Shown here in pieces: positions 26,402 through 39,651 of a DNA stretch of 64,000 nucleotides. This stretch comes from Octopus vulgaris (lineage: Eukaryota), in assembly GCA_951406725.2 (NCBI GenBank), contig OX597827.1, positions 10,478,001 to 10,542,000 on the forward strand, given 5' to 3'. Position numbers and translations under genes: made by a program. Each line of letters starts with the position of its first letter. The stretch's first letter is position 1. The notes beneath the pieces are model-generated. The model was given only the letters and a program-made list of their open reading frames with translations. It searched no databases and was not told where the DNA came from.

Positions 26402-26657
26402 TGCCGGTGGCACGTTAAAAGCACCAACCGATCGTGGCCGATGCCAGACCACCCCTGGCACCTGTGTAGGTGGCACGTAAAAAGCACCCACTACACTCGT
26501 GGCGTGGTTGGCGTCAGGAAGGGCATCCAGCCGTAGGAACACTGCCAGATCAGACTGGAGCCTGGTGCTGCCCCTGGCTTCCCAGACCCCGGTCGAACCG
26601 TCCAACCCATGCTAGCGCGTAAAACGGACATTAAACGATGATAATGATGATGATGAT
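26402..26657 (+). mobile_element. Family C: 3' end of a probable RTE-type LINE
   Basis: GCCGGTGGCACGTTAAAAGCACC modules, GGTTGGCGTCAGGAAGGGCATCCAGCCG and a (GAT)n tail. Confidence 0.8.
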
Positions 26658-26828
26658 ATTAGAGCATATTTTAATTTCTGGTATCTTCATCTCAGAAATC
26701 GAACCACTTTCTATAAATTTACATCTTTTCTCTTTTCTCTTACATTTCTTTTCTTTCAAACAATGAATTCCATAATTTAAATAGATTTGTTTATTACTAA
26801 AGTGCATGCTCTAAAGATAGAGTGTTAA

Positions 26829-27050
26829 CCCTTTAGCATTTAAACCGGCCATATCCAGCCAAAAGTATTCTGCCTGTTTTATGTTCAAACTGGCCAGATC
26901 TGGTCTCTCACACCAACCCTACAATATCGTTTTAAAACATTAACAACTACCTCATCAAAATCTCATACCTACAAGAAAATGCATGATTAGTTCAAAACAA
27001 TGTGGATTAAAAAGTATTAATTTTGGCAGAATAATGTGAACAATAAAGGG
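26829..27050. mobile_element. piggyBac-type MITE, 222 bp
   Basis: TTAA|CCCTTTA...TAAAGGG|TTAA. Related copies lie at 43220-43662, ~32097-32650 and ~61260-61480. Confidence 0.85.
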
Positions 27051-28478
27051 TTAAGGCATATTATTCTCTGAGAGATTTTTTCCTCACCGAATAAATAATA
27101 TCTATGGACAAAAAAAAAGCACAAAAAAAAAAAACAAAAGTTGTTCTGAAATAAACATTTGAATTGTGAGCTGTATTCATTAAACAATGCTGTATAAAGA
27201 AGGAACTGAAACAAAAACGATAGACAGAGAAGGAAACTTCGATGATGATGTAGTCGCTGGGTTAAACATCGAGATAATAAAACTAGTTGGCAAATATCAA
27301 AGTTTCAGCCTGAAGCTGAGTAAAATCTCTACAGAAATATTATGAGGTAAGAGAGGTGGTGCCCTTAACTTGTGATAAATCATCAAGCACCACTCCTGCA
27401 ACTGATTTCTATTTCCTCGCTTCACCCCCCCCTCTCCTCCTTCTCTTCCTTCTCTTCCTCTTCCTCTCCCTTCTCCTCTTACTGCTACCCAATTAAATTT
27501 CATCGTTGAAGAGCGTGTCAATATATGTGATTGTGGTAGTTTAAAGATAAAGGTAGTGGCTTCTAACATTCCACACCAACAAGGAAATGATACTGCCAAG
27601 AGATTAGTTCCAGTGAGATAATGATGCACTTTTAATCTTAACTGTTTAATCAAGAGTGAAGAGAATTAATCCAATCAAATACTTTAATGCTACAACTGAT
27701 TCCAAATTCTTCGAGGGCTTTCTTGTTAACTGTGACAATGTTTACCATGTCATTTCATATCATATTAAACAGTTATTCTTGTATTTAATAAGTTTAATGG
27801 TAAATGAGAATTGTTCACAAGATATTGGAGAACCTAAAGCAAAGCAACAGAGCTTCTTTCTCTCTATCTCTCCCTGACTCTCTCTCTCTCTGCTTGTCTA
27901 TTTCTGTCTCTGTCTCTGTTTCTTCATCTCTATTTTTCAGTCAGTCAGTCTGAATGTCAGTCTGTCTGCCTGTCTTCACCTCCTACCTCTCTCTCTCTCT
28001 CTGTTTCTCTTTAAAAGAGCAATCACTGAATGGTAACCATTTTTCTGTGAAGCAACTTCAATGAATTATTAGTCAACTACAAGAGATTTTTTGAAGATTA
28101 TACACAAAAAAAAAAAAGAGGAAAAAAAAGGAAGAAAAAGGAATTTAAGATTCCTAGGCTATTTCCCTTGCATGTTGTGACAAGTGTCACTTTAGAAATA
28201 ATTTAAAACATTTGGCTCATTTTCACAGCAAAGGAATGAGATGCAAAGATAACTCTGGCAAAATCACAACTAGAAATCAAAAGAATCAAAAGAAAATTAA
28301 TCCCTGTTGTCTCTTAATACTTGATATAATCTGCATATCTTGCTTTATCCTTAATTACATAAACATAAACAATGGTATGTTATCACAGATTAACATGAAT
28401 ATCTCAACAAAACCAAGCAAATATGTTGTCAATCATAATGCATACATACAAGATTACATATCCTAAGGAGAACCTAAA

Positions 28479-28861
28479 TCTCTCTCTATATAAACGGCAG
28501 TTTGTCTGTGCATGTTTCTGTGTGTCTGTTTGCTTGTACCCTCACCCTGACCACGGTTTTCAACCGATTCTGATGAAACTTGACACGCACATAGCCCAAT
28601 GTCATAATTCAAAACTAACGCAGCGAAAATTTTGAAAAGTTCCCCCAGTTCTGAACAAAATCGATAAATTCGACATGGGGTCGAGAATCATAAACACAAA
28701 CCACAAACTGTCTAGGGGACGCAACTCGACCTTTTTTAATTAAAAAAAAAATTACCATCATTTTTTTCCCATTTTTTTGCTATTTTTTGGCTATAACTCT
28801 CTAAAAATGCTTTATAGTTATTTCCCTTACAAACCTGAGCAACGCCGGGCGATACTGCTAG
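28479..28861 (+). mobile_element. Non-autonomous Helitron
   Basis: A|TC start; ends CCTGAGCAACGCCGGGCGATACTGCTAG|T. Confidence 0.82.
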
Positions 28862-28963
28862 TGTAAACTAAAAGTCAAGTATTTTTCTGCAGTCTGTGGA
28901 AGGATTGGTAGAACGATTAGAGCGTGAGACAAAATGCCTTGTGGTATTTACTTTATATCCTAA

Positions 28964-29361
28964 CTAGCAGTATCGCCCGGCGTTGCTCGGGTTTGTAAGG
29001 GAAATAACTATATAAGCATTTTTAGAGAGTTATAGCCAAAAATAGCAAAAAAATGCATTAAAAATGGAAAAAAAATTATGGTAAATTTTTTTTTAAATCG
29101 TTGACTCATCGTAGACATTTTTAGAGAGTTACTTCCCTTATATAATAGCGAAAAAAATGCATCAAAATGGAAAAAAATGCTGGTAAATTATTTTTAAAAT
29201 CTTAGACTCATCGTAGACGTGCACTAATACCCAGAAGGGCTCAATATGAATCACAACTATAAGATACCCACTTTTGGTTACGCTGCACTGCAAAATGTGG
29301 GAGTAGTTAGGAATCTAAATCGTAGGAGACAGACACACAACTTCACTTTTATATATAAAGA
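28964..29361 (-). mobile_element. Non-autonomous Helitron inserted in an old SINE B2-like copy (~28900-29500)
   Basis: On the - strand: A|TCTTTATATATAAAAG start and the same hairpin and CTAG|T end. The flanks rejoin into a SINE B-like head and body. Confidence 0.82.
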
Positions 29362-30162
29362 TTTTCTGAGTTCAAATCCCACAAAGATCAACATTGTTTT
29401 TTTTTATCCTCCTGGGTTTGATAGAATAAAATATCAGTCACATTCTAGAATCAATATTATTGAATATCTCCTTCTTCCAAATTTGTAGTCTTCGGCCAAT
29501 TCTAAAACTCAATATTATGATTAGTTTTACTTACTGCCTCTTCCATCTATTCTCTCCCATTCATTCTCTCTTTCTCAGATACTCTTTCTCTCTCAATATA
29601 CACACACAAATATGTGTTTTTGTGTGTGTGAGTGTTTGTGTGTTATTCTTCTTGTTTCCAAGTGGGGTTGGTTTCAGGAAGGACATCTAGCCATAAACAA
29701 ACTCTGCCCAAACATTCTCTTGTCTCCTTGATGATGCAAGCATGGGCAAGTAAATATTAGAACAATGATTATTATCATTGGCAGGGAGGCCAACTTTACC
29801 TTTCATCTTTTTGTGCAGGTCAGTCAAGTAAGTACCAAATGAACACTGGAATCGCAGTGATTGGTTTGTCCTTTTCTCCAAAATTGCTGGTCTTGAGTCA
29901 AAGTTTAAAACCAATATCAGAAATAATTAAAAGAGGTATTCCCTAATTAAAATAATTTCCATTAGCATTAATATTAAAGAATATTGAGGTTAGTGAACTG
30001 GCAGAATTGGTAGAGTGTCATAGTAAAAATCATATGACTATTAGTTATGTCTCCTAAAATCCTCAGTTGAAATCATTTGAAAATTCTTTCAGGCTGATAA
30101 AATAAGTCTCAGTCAAGTGCTAAGATTGATATAATGAACTCTGTTCTCACACCAAATTTGAC

Positions 30163-30386
30163 ATTACTCTTTACTCTTTACTCTTTTACTTGTTTCAGTC
30201 ATTTGACTGCGGCCATGCTGGAGCACCGCCTTTAGTCGAGCAAATCGACCCCGGGACTTATTTTTTTGTAAGCCCAGTACTTATTCTATCTGTCTCTTTT
30301 GGCGAACCGCTAAGTGACAGGGACGTAAACACACCAGCATCGGTTGTCAAGCAATGCTAGAGGGACAAACACAGACACACAAACAT

Positions 30387-30421
<35 letters not shown>

Positions 30422-30513
30422 CATATATACGACAGGCTTCTTTCAGTTTCTGTCTACCAAATCCACTCACAAGGCTTTGGTCGGCCCGAGGCTATAGCAG
30501 AAGACACTTGCCC
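30163..30513 (-). mobile_element. SINE A, 5'-truncated
   Basis: Matches the A consensus from the tail to GAAGACACTTGCCC; CATTAC lies on both sides. Confidence 0.88.
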
Positions 30514-30569
30514 ATTACATGTATATTTGGAATTAATGTCATAGAATATTTCCATTTCTGGTATTTCAA

Positions 30570-32050
30570 CTACTAGTTCTTCGTCTAAATTATCAGTATC
30601 ATTTGGATTGAGGCTGTTATATTTATCTTTATGGGCAATAATTGGTACTGTATTCTGCATTTAAAAACTAGACTCTTGCTTCCACAACACTTTTTATTTG
30701 CAAACAAGGCATTGCTAAAATTCTTTTAGCACCAAGAATTCTTCTGGTAAATTTCAGTTGGTGTGGCATGCTTCTCTCATAAAGGAGCGCTGTCTTCTAG
30801 TTTGGCTTAATGGCATAAAACTTTAAATTCTTACAGTTTTACCTTTATATTTCACCGATATCGTGATACTACTGGACACTTTGATAGGTTACTTAGAGTG
30901 CAACGGCAATTGAAATTCAGAATTTGTCATATTGTAGAAGGATTTCAGCTTTTTGAATCTGACTTGTGACACAAGCAATTGTACAGCTTCAGCATGCAAG
31001 TATACTTCTATGCTTTCACTGTCTAACTTAATTTTCTCCAACCAATCATTTGGGATGTGTTTTCTCAATGGTTGTGTGAAAAAGGTATGTATATTCTCAG
31101 TTTTAGCAGCTCTTGAAAGCTGTGGTTGCTTTACAAATCAATTTTCCTGATAAAATGTGTAACTTTTCCATTATGACAAACTAAAACGAAATGTTTCTTC
31201 TCCCTATATAAATGTTACATTTACATGCCTGCCTTGCTAAGAAATCTTCCTTCATGTAACTTTTTGTATAGTCAGACTAATGCCAATACCCATATCCATT
31301 CTATTCATTTGTGGGCTCATTCTATTGCTATGAATGTCTGTATTATATGAATCTTAATGCATTTGATACTTATCAAGTATCTAAGTGAATTGTTATTTTT
31401 AAAATCTGATACCTTCTGTTCAAGTCATAAAGTTTTATTTAGTATTTATTGAAGAATCTAAAATAACTGCCTTATTTCGCTCCTTACAGTTGAAGATGTC
31501 ATAGCCTACAAACTACTGAATCTAGAATACAATCTCTATTTTACAGCCTTTCAATTTTCATGGTTTGTTTACCAAATAATACAACTTTGTTATGTGACTT
31601 ATGTCGGTTACTGTTGTTGTTTAGTGCCAAATGAGTCCTACCTGCCACAAACATTTCCTTAAAGGGATATTCCAGTTTTTTTTGTTTTTTTACACATTTC
31701 TCACTGTTTTTTAGTCTAGAGGAAAGTGTAGCACCCATGGTTCTGTGCCCATCTCTCTTAGCATTGTAAGACTTATTCCATTTGTGTTCCTTTTGAACCT
31801 CTGTAAGTCAAGAAAGACATGACCAAAGTGAAAATTCCAGAAGCTTGAAATTCTGGGAAGTTAAAAACCTGGCATTGTACTCCCCCATTAATTGCCTCAG
31901 AGCTATTGTAGAATTGAACATACTCCTTGCATAAATGATTCATGACAATGATTATAACTGGGTGTAGTGAATATGATTTTTGGTGGTAGATTCATACACA
32001 AATCTTTTTAAATATTCCTCTGATTTTTTAAAGTTTTAGTTTCCCTTTTA
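30570..32050 (-). pseudogene. Possible highly decayed LINE (L1/Tx1-like) coding remnant
   Basis: Non-repetitive with long open stretches on the - strand (~80 aa at 30894-31140). A degenerate knuckle-like SYNAKRDGHRTMG occurs near 31735-31775. Weak. Confidence 0.3.
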
Positions 32051-32208
32051 TATTACTCTTTATATCATAAAAATGAATACATTCCACTGTTCTGACTTTT
32101 TAGCATTCAGATTACTCTGTCAAATATAATGCTCATTTATTCACATCGTTTTTAGTTCATCATGTATTATCTCATAGCTTTTTGATAATTTCATTGTTTA
32201 TATTTTGA

Positions 32209-32535
32209 GGATCCCCTTCGGTCATGACTGACCATGGGATTGCACCTAGAAAGTTACCCTCCCAGGCACAAGTCTGGGCAAGGTTGTTTATGGAAGACCA
32301 GCAGTCACCCATGCATACCGACCTCCCCTCTCCATGCCACCAGTGTTATCCAAGGGAAAGGCAACAGCTGATACAGCTTGGCACCTGTGACATTGCAACT
32401 CATTTCTACAGCTATGTCAACTGGAGCAACGTGAAATAAAGTGTCTTGCTCAAGAACACAACATGCAGCCCGGTCCAATATTTGAACTCACAACCTCACG
32501 ATTGTAAGCTCGATGCTCTAACCATTGTGCCATGT
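32209..32535 (-). mobile_element. SINE family E (tRNA head, CORE-like body) inserted into a piggyBac-type MITE
   Basis: - strand reads TGGCACAATGGTTAGAGC..GAGTTCAAAT, then GTGTTCTTGAGCAAGACACTTTA. TGTTTATATTT occurs on both flanks, and the flanks rejoin into MITE sequence. Confidence 0.8.
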
Positions 32536-33524
32536 TTATATTTAGAATGACATTATAGGACAAGTGTGAGAGGTTGAATCTGGCCAAGTTGAACATAAAG
32601 CAGGCAGACTATTTAAGTTGGTTTTGGCCAATTTAAAAGCTAAAATGTTAATATGAAAACATTGTAAGTTAAGAACATCTGACTTTCAATTACACTTGTA
32701 TCAGATATGAATTCACAAACCAGTACCTGTTTCCCTTATATTTTGTGTGCTCAGTATCATATCTCATTCATTAACTATTTCACTTCCACTGTATATTGTG
32801 CAATGTCAAATTTGTGACACATTCTCAATATTTGATTTCATAGATGGCTATGTCAATGCTGTTAGTCTGCCAGTCTTTGTTAAGCTGCCAAAAATTCCAG
32901 TCCAGCAATTTATCTAATTCTCAGTGCAACATAATAATAATAACTACTATGTATCATTAAAATTAATGAATGTCTTTGGTACATTCAGGAAGATAAAAAG
33001 AGAATGAAAAGTTAACCAATCAGAAAATATTTTTAAGATGTTCAGAGACATGGAATCTGGAAAGTTCTATTGTAGACTTATTGGTTAATCTTTTATTTTT
33101 TCAAGATAGGTTTAATTGATACAAAATATCTTGGTCAACTATATCAAATATGCTCGTAGGCACTTTTCTATTTGCGTTTCATGCAGTAGGGATCCTGGAA
33201 TATTTTACCCAGTTATTCTTGTAAATTATCCTGCCTCTCAGTGTTAATTTGTGTAAAACCTATATCTTCCTTTTCGGCATTCTAAGATCATTATGCCATA
33301 ACAGAAAACGCTGTTTTGCTAATGAGATCTAACAAGTCCGAAACATGTCTGGAGTTGCTATGATATTTGCAGAGATTGAATTTATGTATTCTATAATTAA
33401 TTCTAATTAGTTTAAACTCATGCCTTTCTTGACTAAAATTAGTTATCAGATTAACAGTCTTTCTTTTCTCATCACTGAAGATGTAATTTTTAGGTAACTT
33501 GAAACCATTCAACTTCAAGGGAAT

Positions 33525-33685
33525 GTAGTAGTAGTAGTAGTAGTAGTAGCAGCAGCAGCAGCAGCAGCAGCAGAATCATCATCATCATCACCAGTAGCAG
33601 AAGCAGCAGCAGTGGTAGTAGTAGCAGCAGCAGTAACAGCAGCAGCAGTGGTGGTGGTGATAGTAGTAGTAGCAACAGCAGCAGC

Positions 33686-33771
<86 letters not shown>

Positions 33772-33812
33772 CAGCAGCAGCAGTAGCAGCAGCTGCAGCA
33801 ACAGTGGTGGTG

Positions 33813-33853
<41 letters not shown>

Positions 33854-33855
33854 TT
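33525..33855. repeat. Compound (AGT)n/(AGC)n/(GGT)n microsatellite
   Basis: Direct reading. Confidence 0.96.
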
Positions 33856-34210
33856 AGATTTACAGTGATAACTTTTTGATCTATAAGTTAAAAGCTAACT
33901 GAAATTAGTTGATATGATGCCTGTGTAGTAATTTTTGTGTGGAAAAAGGGACACACAATGATGATGAGGGAGGATAAAGAGGAGGTGGAAGTGGAAGGTA
34001 GGTGGAGAAGGAGGAAGAAGAGGAGGAGGAAGCAGAGGAGGAAAAAAGTAGAGTTGGAGGAAGCAGGTGGGGAAGTGGAGGAGGGGATTGGTGTTTGGTG
34101 GTGCATGCAGTCATGATAGTGATATTAATGATTATGATGGTGATGATGACAATGATAGTGACGATGATGATGACAACAATGAGGATTATGATAGTGATGA
34201 CTATGATGGT

Positions 34211-34620
34211 CGCAGGAGTGGCTGTGTGGTAAGTAGCTTGCTAACCAGCCACATGGTTCCGGGTTCAGTCCCACTGCATGGCATCTTGGGCAAGTGTCTT
34301 CTGTTATAGCCCCGGGCCGACCAATGCCTTGTGAGTGGATTTGGTAGACGGAAACTGAAAGAAGCCTGTCGTATATATGTATATATATATGTATGTGTGT
34401 GTGTGTTTGTGTGTGTTTGTGTGTCTGTGTTTGTCCCCCTAGCATTGCTTGACAACCGATGCTGGTGTGTTTACGTCCCCATCACTTAGCGGTTCGGCGA
34501 AAGAGATCGACAGAATTAGTACTGGGCTTACAAAGAATAAGTCCCGGGGTCGATTTGCTCGATTAAAAAGGCGGTGCTCCAGCATGGCCGCAGTCAAATG
34601 ACTGAAACAAGTAAAAGAAG
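34211..34620 (+). mobile_element. SINE A, full length
   Basis: Matches 7328-7737. Confidence 0.92.
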
Positions 34621-36628
34621 AAGAAAAAAAATGGTGAGAAAGAGCACAGAAAGTATCAGAAACAATAAACCATCAACCTTGGTCTCTTCACATTTTATTA
34701 TAGCTCAAATCCATGTTTAGATCAAACACATGTTACTTCCATCCAGAGAGGACAAACTAAGTACCAGTAATGTGTTATGACAGATCCAATCAGCTACATA
34801 CCTCATCTTGCAATTTGTAGCCAGCCTTGTGAGAAATCAATAAGCAAACATTTGACAACTACTTTTATCAGTTTGTCATTCCAATTTAGAAAATGTGTCC
34901 ATTTAGAGTAATTCTTCAGAAAGGCTGTAGCCAAGGCCTTTAAAGCAACTTCTAAATATTATTATAGTTGTTTTCTATAACAACATGACATCAACGAAAC
35001 ACATTCATAGAGAAGAAACCCTACGAAGTAATATAGCATGCAGGAAGGAAAGATTGCTATAGGCTGGGTTTTGCTATTTGATTTCCCCTAAAGCAGAGAG
35101 AGTTGAAGAAATTTCCCTTTATGTTCATTTAATGTTGAATTGACAAAGAAATATCTGTGTCTGCTATGCTTTGAAACTAGAGAGCAAGAAAGAGATAGGG
35201 AGAGAGAGTGGGGGAGAGAAAGAAGAGAGAGTGGGGGAGAGAAAGAAGAGAGAGAGAGAGAGAAGAATGCATTAAAAGAAAATCTTTATTTTTAAAACAC
35301 TAACTGTTTGCAATTGAATTGTAATGTTGTATTAGTGATCGCGAGAGAGAAGCGGAATCAGAAATACACAGAAGCAGCATTATTAAAAATAAAATGAAAT
35401 AAAATAAAATTGTGTGTTTAAGCTTTACAACAACCAAAGAGATAAAAAGAATAACTATCATTCTTCTCCTCAATGCAGAGCACTTGAAAAAAAAAAATAT
35501 ATTTTAAAATAAAACATTAGAAAAATTAAAAATGAAAAAAAATGAAGCTCAACTGTGCATACAATTAAAAATTCAATTAATTTAAAATGGCTACCTAGAA
35601 CAAGGAGAAGCACTTGAAATTGTATAAAGACAGTGTTATCAAACAGAAACAGCGATGCCATTGGAATGGTGGGTAAATACTTGGAAAAATAGCAGAAAAA
35701 CAAACAAGATATGATTTGTAAAAAAAAAAAAAAAAAATCCTAAAAAAAAAAACAAATGAATAAGGTTTTAATATTTTTGTCAATTGCTATGAAATTACAT
35801 TTTGTCTTTTATTCTGATCTCTCATTAAGAATTAGTCATATGTGGAAATTATATTGGAATTTTCGCTAAAGATCTTGCAGGTCATCACATTTTTGTAATA
35901 ATACAAGAAAAAAAAAATTGCCCACAGTTGTGCTTTATTTGCTTCATAACCTCGAGAAATTATAATAATTTCGATTGTAACATTTACTGATAGTTCAGTT
36001 GATTATTGGCTATATGGAAATGAGATTTGGTACCAAATCCATGACTGTAACCAATGAAGGTTGAAAGAAATGTGACTGCGTACGGAATCTGAAACAAAGG
36101 TATAAAAGAGAAAAGAAAAGAGAACAAAAACCATTTTGTAAGAAAAATCTCATTTAATTAAATTATTCTTCAATTACATTATCAAAATTAATTTCTTTCT
36201 CTAAATAATTAGGTCAGAAACAATTAATTAGCCAACATCGATGTAATCCAGGAGAGTAAATTAAATTAAATCGTTATTACAGGGCCAGATATTGTAAGTA
36301 TTTTGATTGTCATTAAAAGGCAAGTGTGTCTTAAATAATATATTTACTATACAAAGCCCATTGTGATCCCTCTGAAGGGAGAATGACCTTGTGACATGTA
36401 CCTTGCCATTGTTGCTTGTTTTAGAGATCTATGTAGTTTCAAACAGACATAGACAACCTCTTGACACTTCTGACTCTTGACTCAGCTGGACAACAGGTAG
36501 GACGGGGTAGGGGGTAGGGTTGCAGCTGCACTATGTTTGTACACGTTTTCAATTGCATTTGTATTTAAATTAAATTTAATTTACAAAATTAACCATGAAG
36601 GTTGATCCTCGTGATCATGGGCCACATA

Positions 36629-37525
36629 CAAGGTGGTATCAAAAAGTTACCAGACTAATTCTGTTGCACACCAACAGATGGCAGCACACAGTTGTATGTG
36701 CTGTGAAAGCTAGCAGTGACCTTCATGTGGGAATGTGCCAAAGGACATTGTTGTGTTTGCTTCACAAGTTGTAAAATTTGTGCTTTTCTGATCATGTGTA
36801 TCTTATAGTCTGTGATTTTTGTCTCGGACAGGAAATTGAAACAAAGAGCCAACGTGAAATATGGCGTTAAACTTGTATAGTCTGCTGCAGATACATTGAG
36901 CATGCTTTGGCAAGCTTATGGCAAAAAGGTAATGGGTCATACACTATGTTTCAAGTGGTATGGGCATTTCAGAAATGAAAGCAGCACAGTCCTGGAAGAC
37001 AATAAATGATCTGGATGACCTGCCATGAGCTTCATCCAATTAATGTGGAGAAAATTCATTGTCTTGTGCCTGAGGATCATCGGAGGACAATCAACAATGT
37101 TTGGAAGTATTTGTGGGAGGACATTTAGTGAAAACGATCAGTTTGGTGAAGACGTGGATTCTTCATGACAATACACTCTGTCACTGAGTTCTCCTCACTC
37201 GGGAGTTTCCTATCAAAAACAGCATGGTATCACTTCCACACCTGCCCTATTCACTAGGTTTAGCTCCTGCAGACTTCCATCTCTTCCCCAAGATGAAAAT
37301 GCAGCTCAGTCATCGTTTTAACAGTGTTTTTGAGGTCCAGAGTGACTCACGGAAACTCCTCGACTCGCTTAAGAAAAAACAGCTTCCAAGCCAGATTCTA
37401 AATGTGGCAGGAACACTGGGACTGGTGTATTTCTGTGCAAGGTGACTATTTCAAAGTAAATTTGGGTAAAAAAGTTATCTTTTAGTAATCATAACTAGTC
37501 CGGGGAAATTTTTGATACCAGCATG
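36629..37525 (+). mobile_element. Internally deleted mariner, same family as 1637-2897
   Basis: TA|CAAGGTGGTATCAAAAAGTT...AAATTTTTGATACCAGCATG|TA. The peptide PHLPYSLGLAPADFHLFPKMK corresponds to the YSPDLAP motif. Confidence 0.9.
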
Positions 37526-37616
37526 TACCTCACCCTCTATGCCACAAACTTTCAAGATCAATTCTAGATTAGGCAGCCAATGTGTTACTATGCAGTACAC
37601 TTCATTCCACAATAGT

Positions 37617-37845
37617 CTTTTACTCTTTTACTCTTTTACTTGTTTCAGTCATGTGACTGTGGCCATGCTGGAGCACCGCCTTTAGTCGATCAAATCGACC
37701 CCAGGACTTATTCTTTGAAAGTCTAGTACTTATTTTATTGGTCTCTTTTTTGCTGAACTGCTAAGTTATGGGGACATAAACACACCAGCATCGGTTGTCA
37801 AGTGATGCTGGGGGTGGGGGAACAAACACAGACACACAAACACGC

Positions 37846-37892
<47 letters not shown>

Positions 37893-38060
37893 TACGACGG
37901 GCATCTTTCAGTTTCCGTCTACCAAATCCACTCACAAGGCTTTGGTCGACTCGAGGCTATAGTAGAAGACACTTACCCAAGGTGCCATGAAGTGGGACTG
38001 AACCCAGGAACCATGTGGTTTGTAAGCAAGCTACTTATCACACAGCCACTCCTACGCCTG
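37617..38060 (-). mobile_element. SINE A, full length
   Basis: Consensus match. Confidence 0.9.
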
Positions 38061-38075
38061 CTCCAGTTTAATCAG

Positions 38076-38114
<39 letters not shown>

Positions 38115-38137
38115 TATCACATACTTGTATGCATATG

Positions 38138-38169
<32 letters not shown>

Positions 38170-38172
<3 letters not shown>

Positions 38173-38331
38173 TCATTATCATCATCGATAGCATCCGTTT
38201 TCCATGCTGGCATGGGTTGCACGGTTTAACTGAGGCCTGGAGAGCCAGCAGCTGCACCAGGCTCCAATCTGGTCCAGCAGAGTTTCTACTGCTGGATGCC
38301 CTTCTCAACATGAACCGAGAGTGTAGTGGGT
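38170..38331 (-). mobile_element. Family C 3' fragment
   Basis: (CAT)n tail, CCGTTTTCCATGCTGGCATGGGTT and GCTGGATGCCCTT. Confidence 0.75.
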
Positions 38332-38589
38332 AATATATATATACACACATGTGTTTGTATATATATATATATATATCTTTCTAATATATGGATAAAATTT
38401 TTCTAAAGAAAATTTTATCAGTGGTGAGCATATTAAAATACCTTTTAAGGTGAAAATTATAAACAATTATAAATATTTATAATTGTGTATATATATTAAC
38501 ATAAATAAGGGAAATGTATATAAGATGAAACAAATTGTTGGCATTTTGATGTTTTAATAATTGTTTGTGTTATCTTATATTGTTATATT

Positions 38590-39012
38590 TATTTCTTTAT
38601 TACCCACAAGGGGCTAAACATAGAGGGGAAAACAAGGACAGACAAAGGGATTAAGTTGATTACATCGACCCCCGTGCTTAACTTGTTTAATTGACCCTGA
38701 AAGGATGAAAAGCAAAGTCAACCTTGGTGGAATTTGAACTTAGAACGTAACAGCAGATGAAATACCGCTAGGCAGTTCACCCGGCGTGCTAACGATTCTG
38801 CCAGCTCTCTGCCTTATATTGTTATATTATATTCATAGTATATTGGGATATTATGATATAGTTTTCTACTCTAAGTGCAAGGCCTGAAATGTTTTGGGAG
38901 GGACAAGTTGATTAGATTGACACCAGTGTGCAACTGGTACTTAATTTATCAACCCCCAAAAGGATGAAAGGAAAATTGACCTTGGCAGAACTTGAACTCA
39001 GAATGTAAAGAC
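38590..39012 (-). mobile_element. SINE B (38590-38815) followed by a B2 fragment (38860-39012)
   Basis: B is flanked by TTATATTGTTATATT direct repeats. Confidence 0.82.
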
Positions 39013-39078
39013 AGGTTATATTATAATGTAAATAAGTTATTGAATTATTGATTGTACCTCTATTTAATTTTATTTTTG

Positions 39079-39124
<46 letters not shown>

Positions 39125-39651
39125 ATGTATATATGTATGCATACATATATTGATACATATATATGTATGAACAATGAACATGCATAAATACATCCAAACA
39201 TACACACATATACATATATGTACATATATGCTTACATACATATGCTCATACATACTTACATACCTACCTACCTTCCTACATACATATATACATATATGCA
39301 TACACGCATAATATGTACAAGAATACATACATGCACACACACTCACACACACACATATTTACATATGTACATACATACACACATACATATATAATGATGG
39401 AAAGAAGGAAGTAATTCATCATTGTATCGCACATCTTGCCTGAATGCATGCAACAGAGGTCATTAAAAGGAAGTACATGTTCTACAATGAAATTTCAGAT
39501 AAACAAAGAACAAAATTAAATAATAATGATGATGTGCAGGAGTGGCTGTGTGGTAAGTAGCTTGTTTACCAACCACATGATTCCTGGTTCAGTCCCACTG
39601 CGTGGCACCTTGGGCAAGTGTCTTCTGCTATAGCCTCCAGAATGGAGCCTG

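Noticed and set aside
27187-27352. Short ORF MLYKEGTETK.. ending next to a GAG|GTAAGA donor-like site
   Set aside because: About 52 aa, no recognisable homology and no partner exons; it cannot be supported without transcripts.
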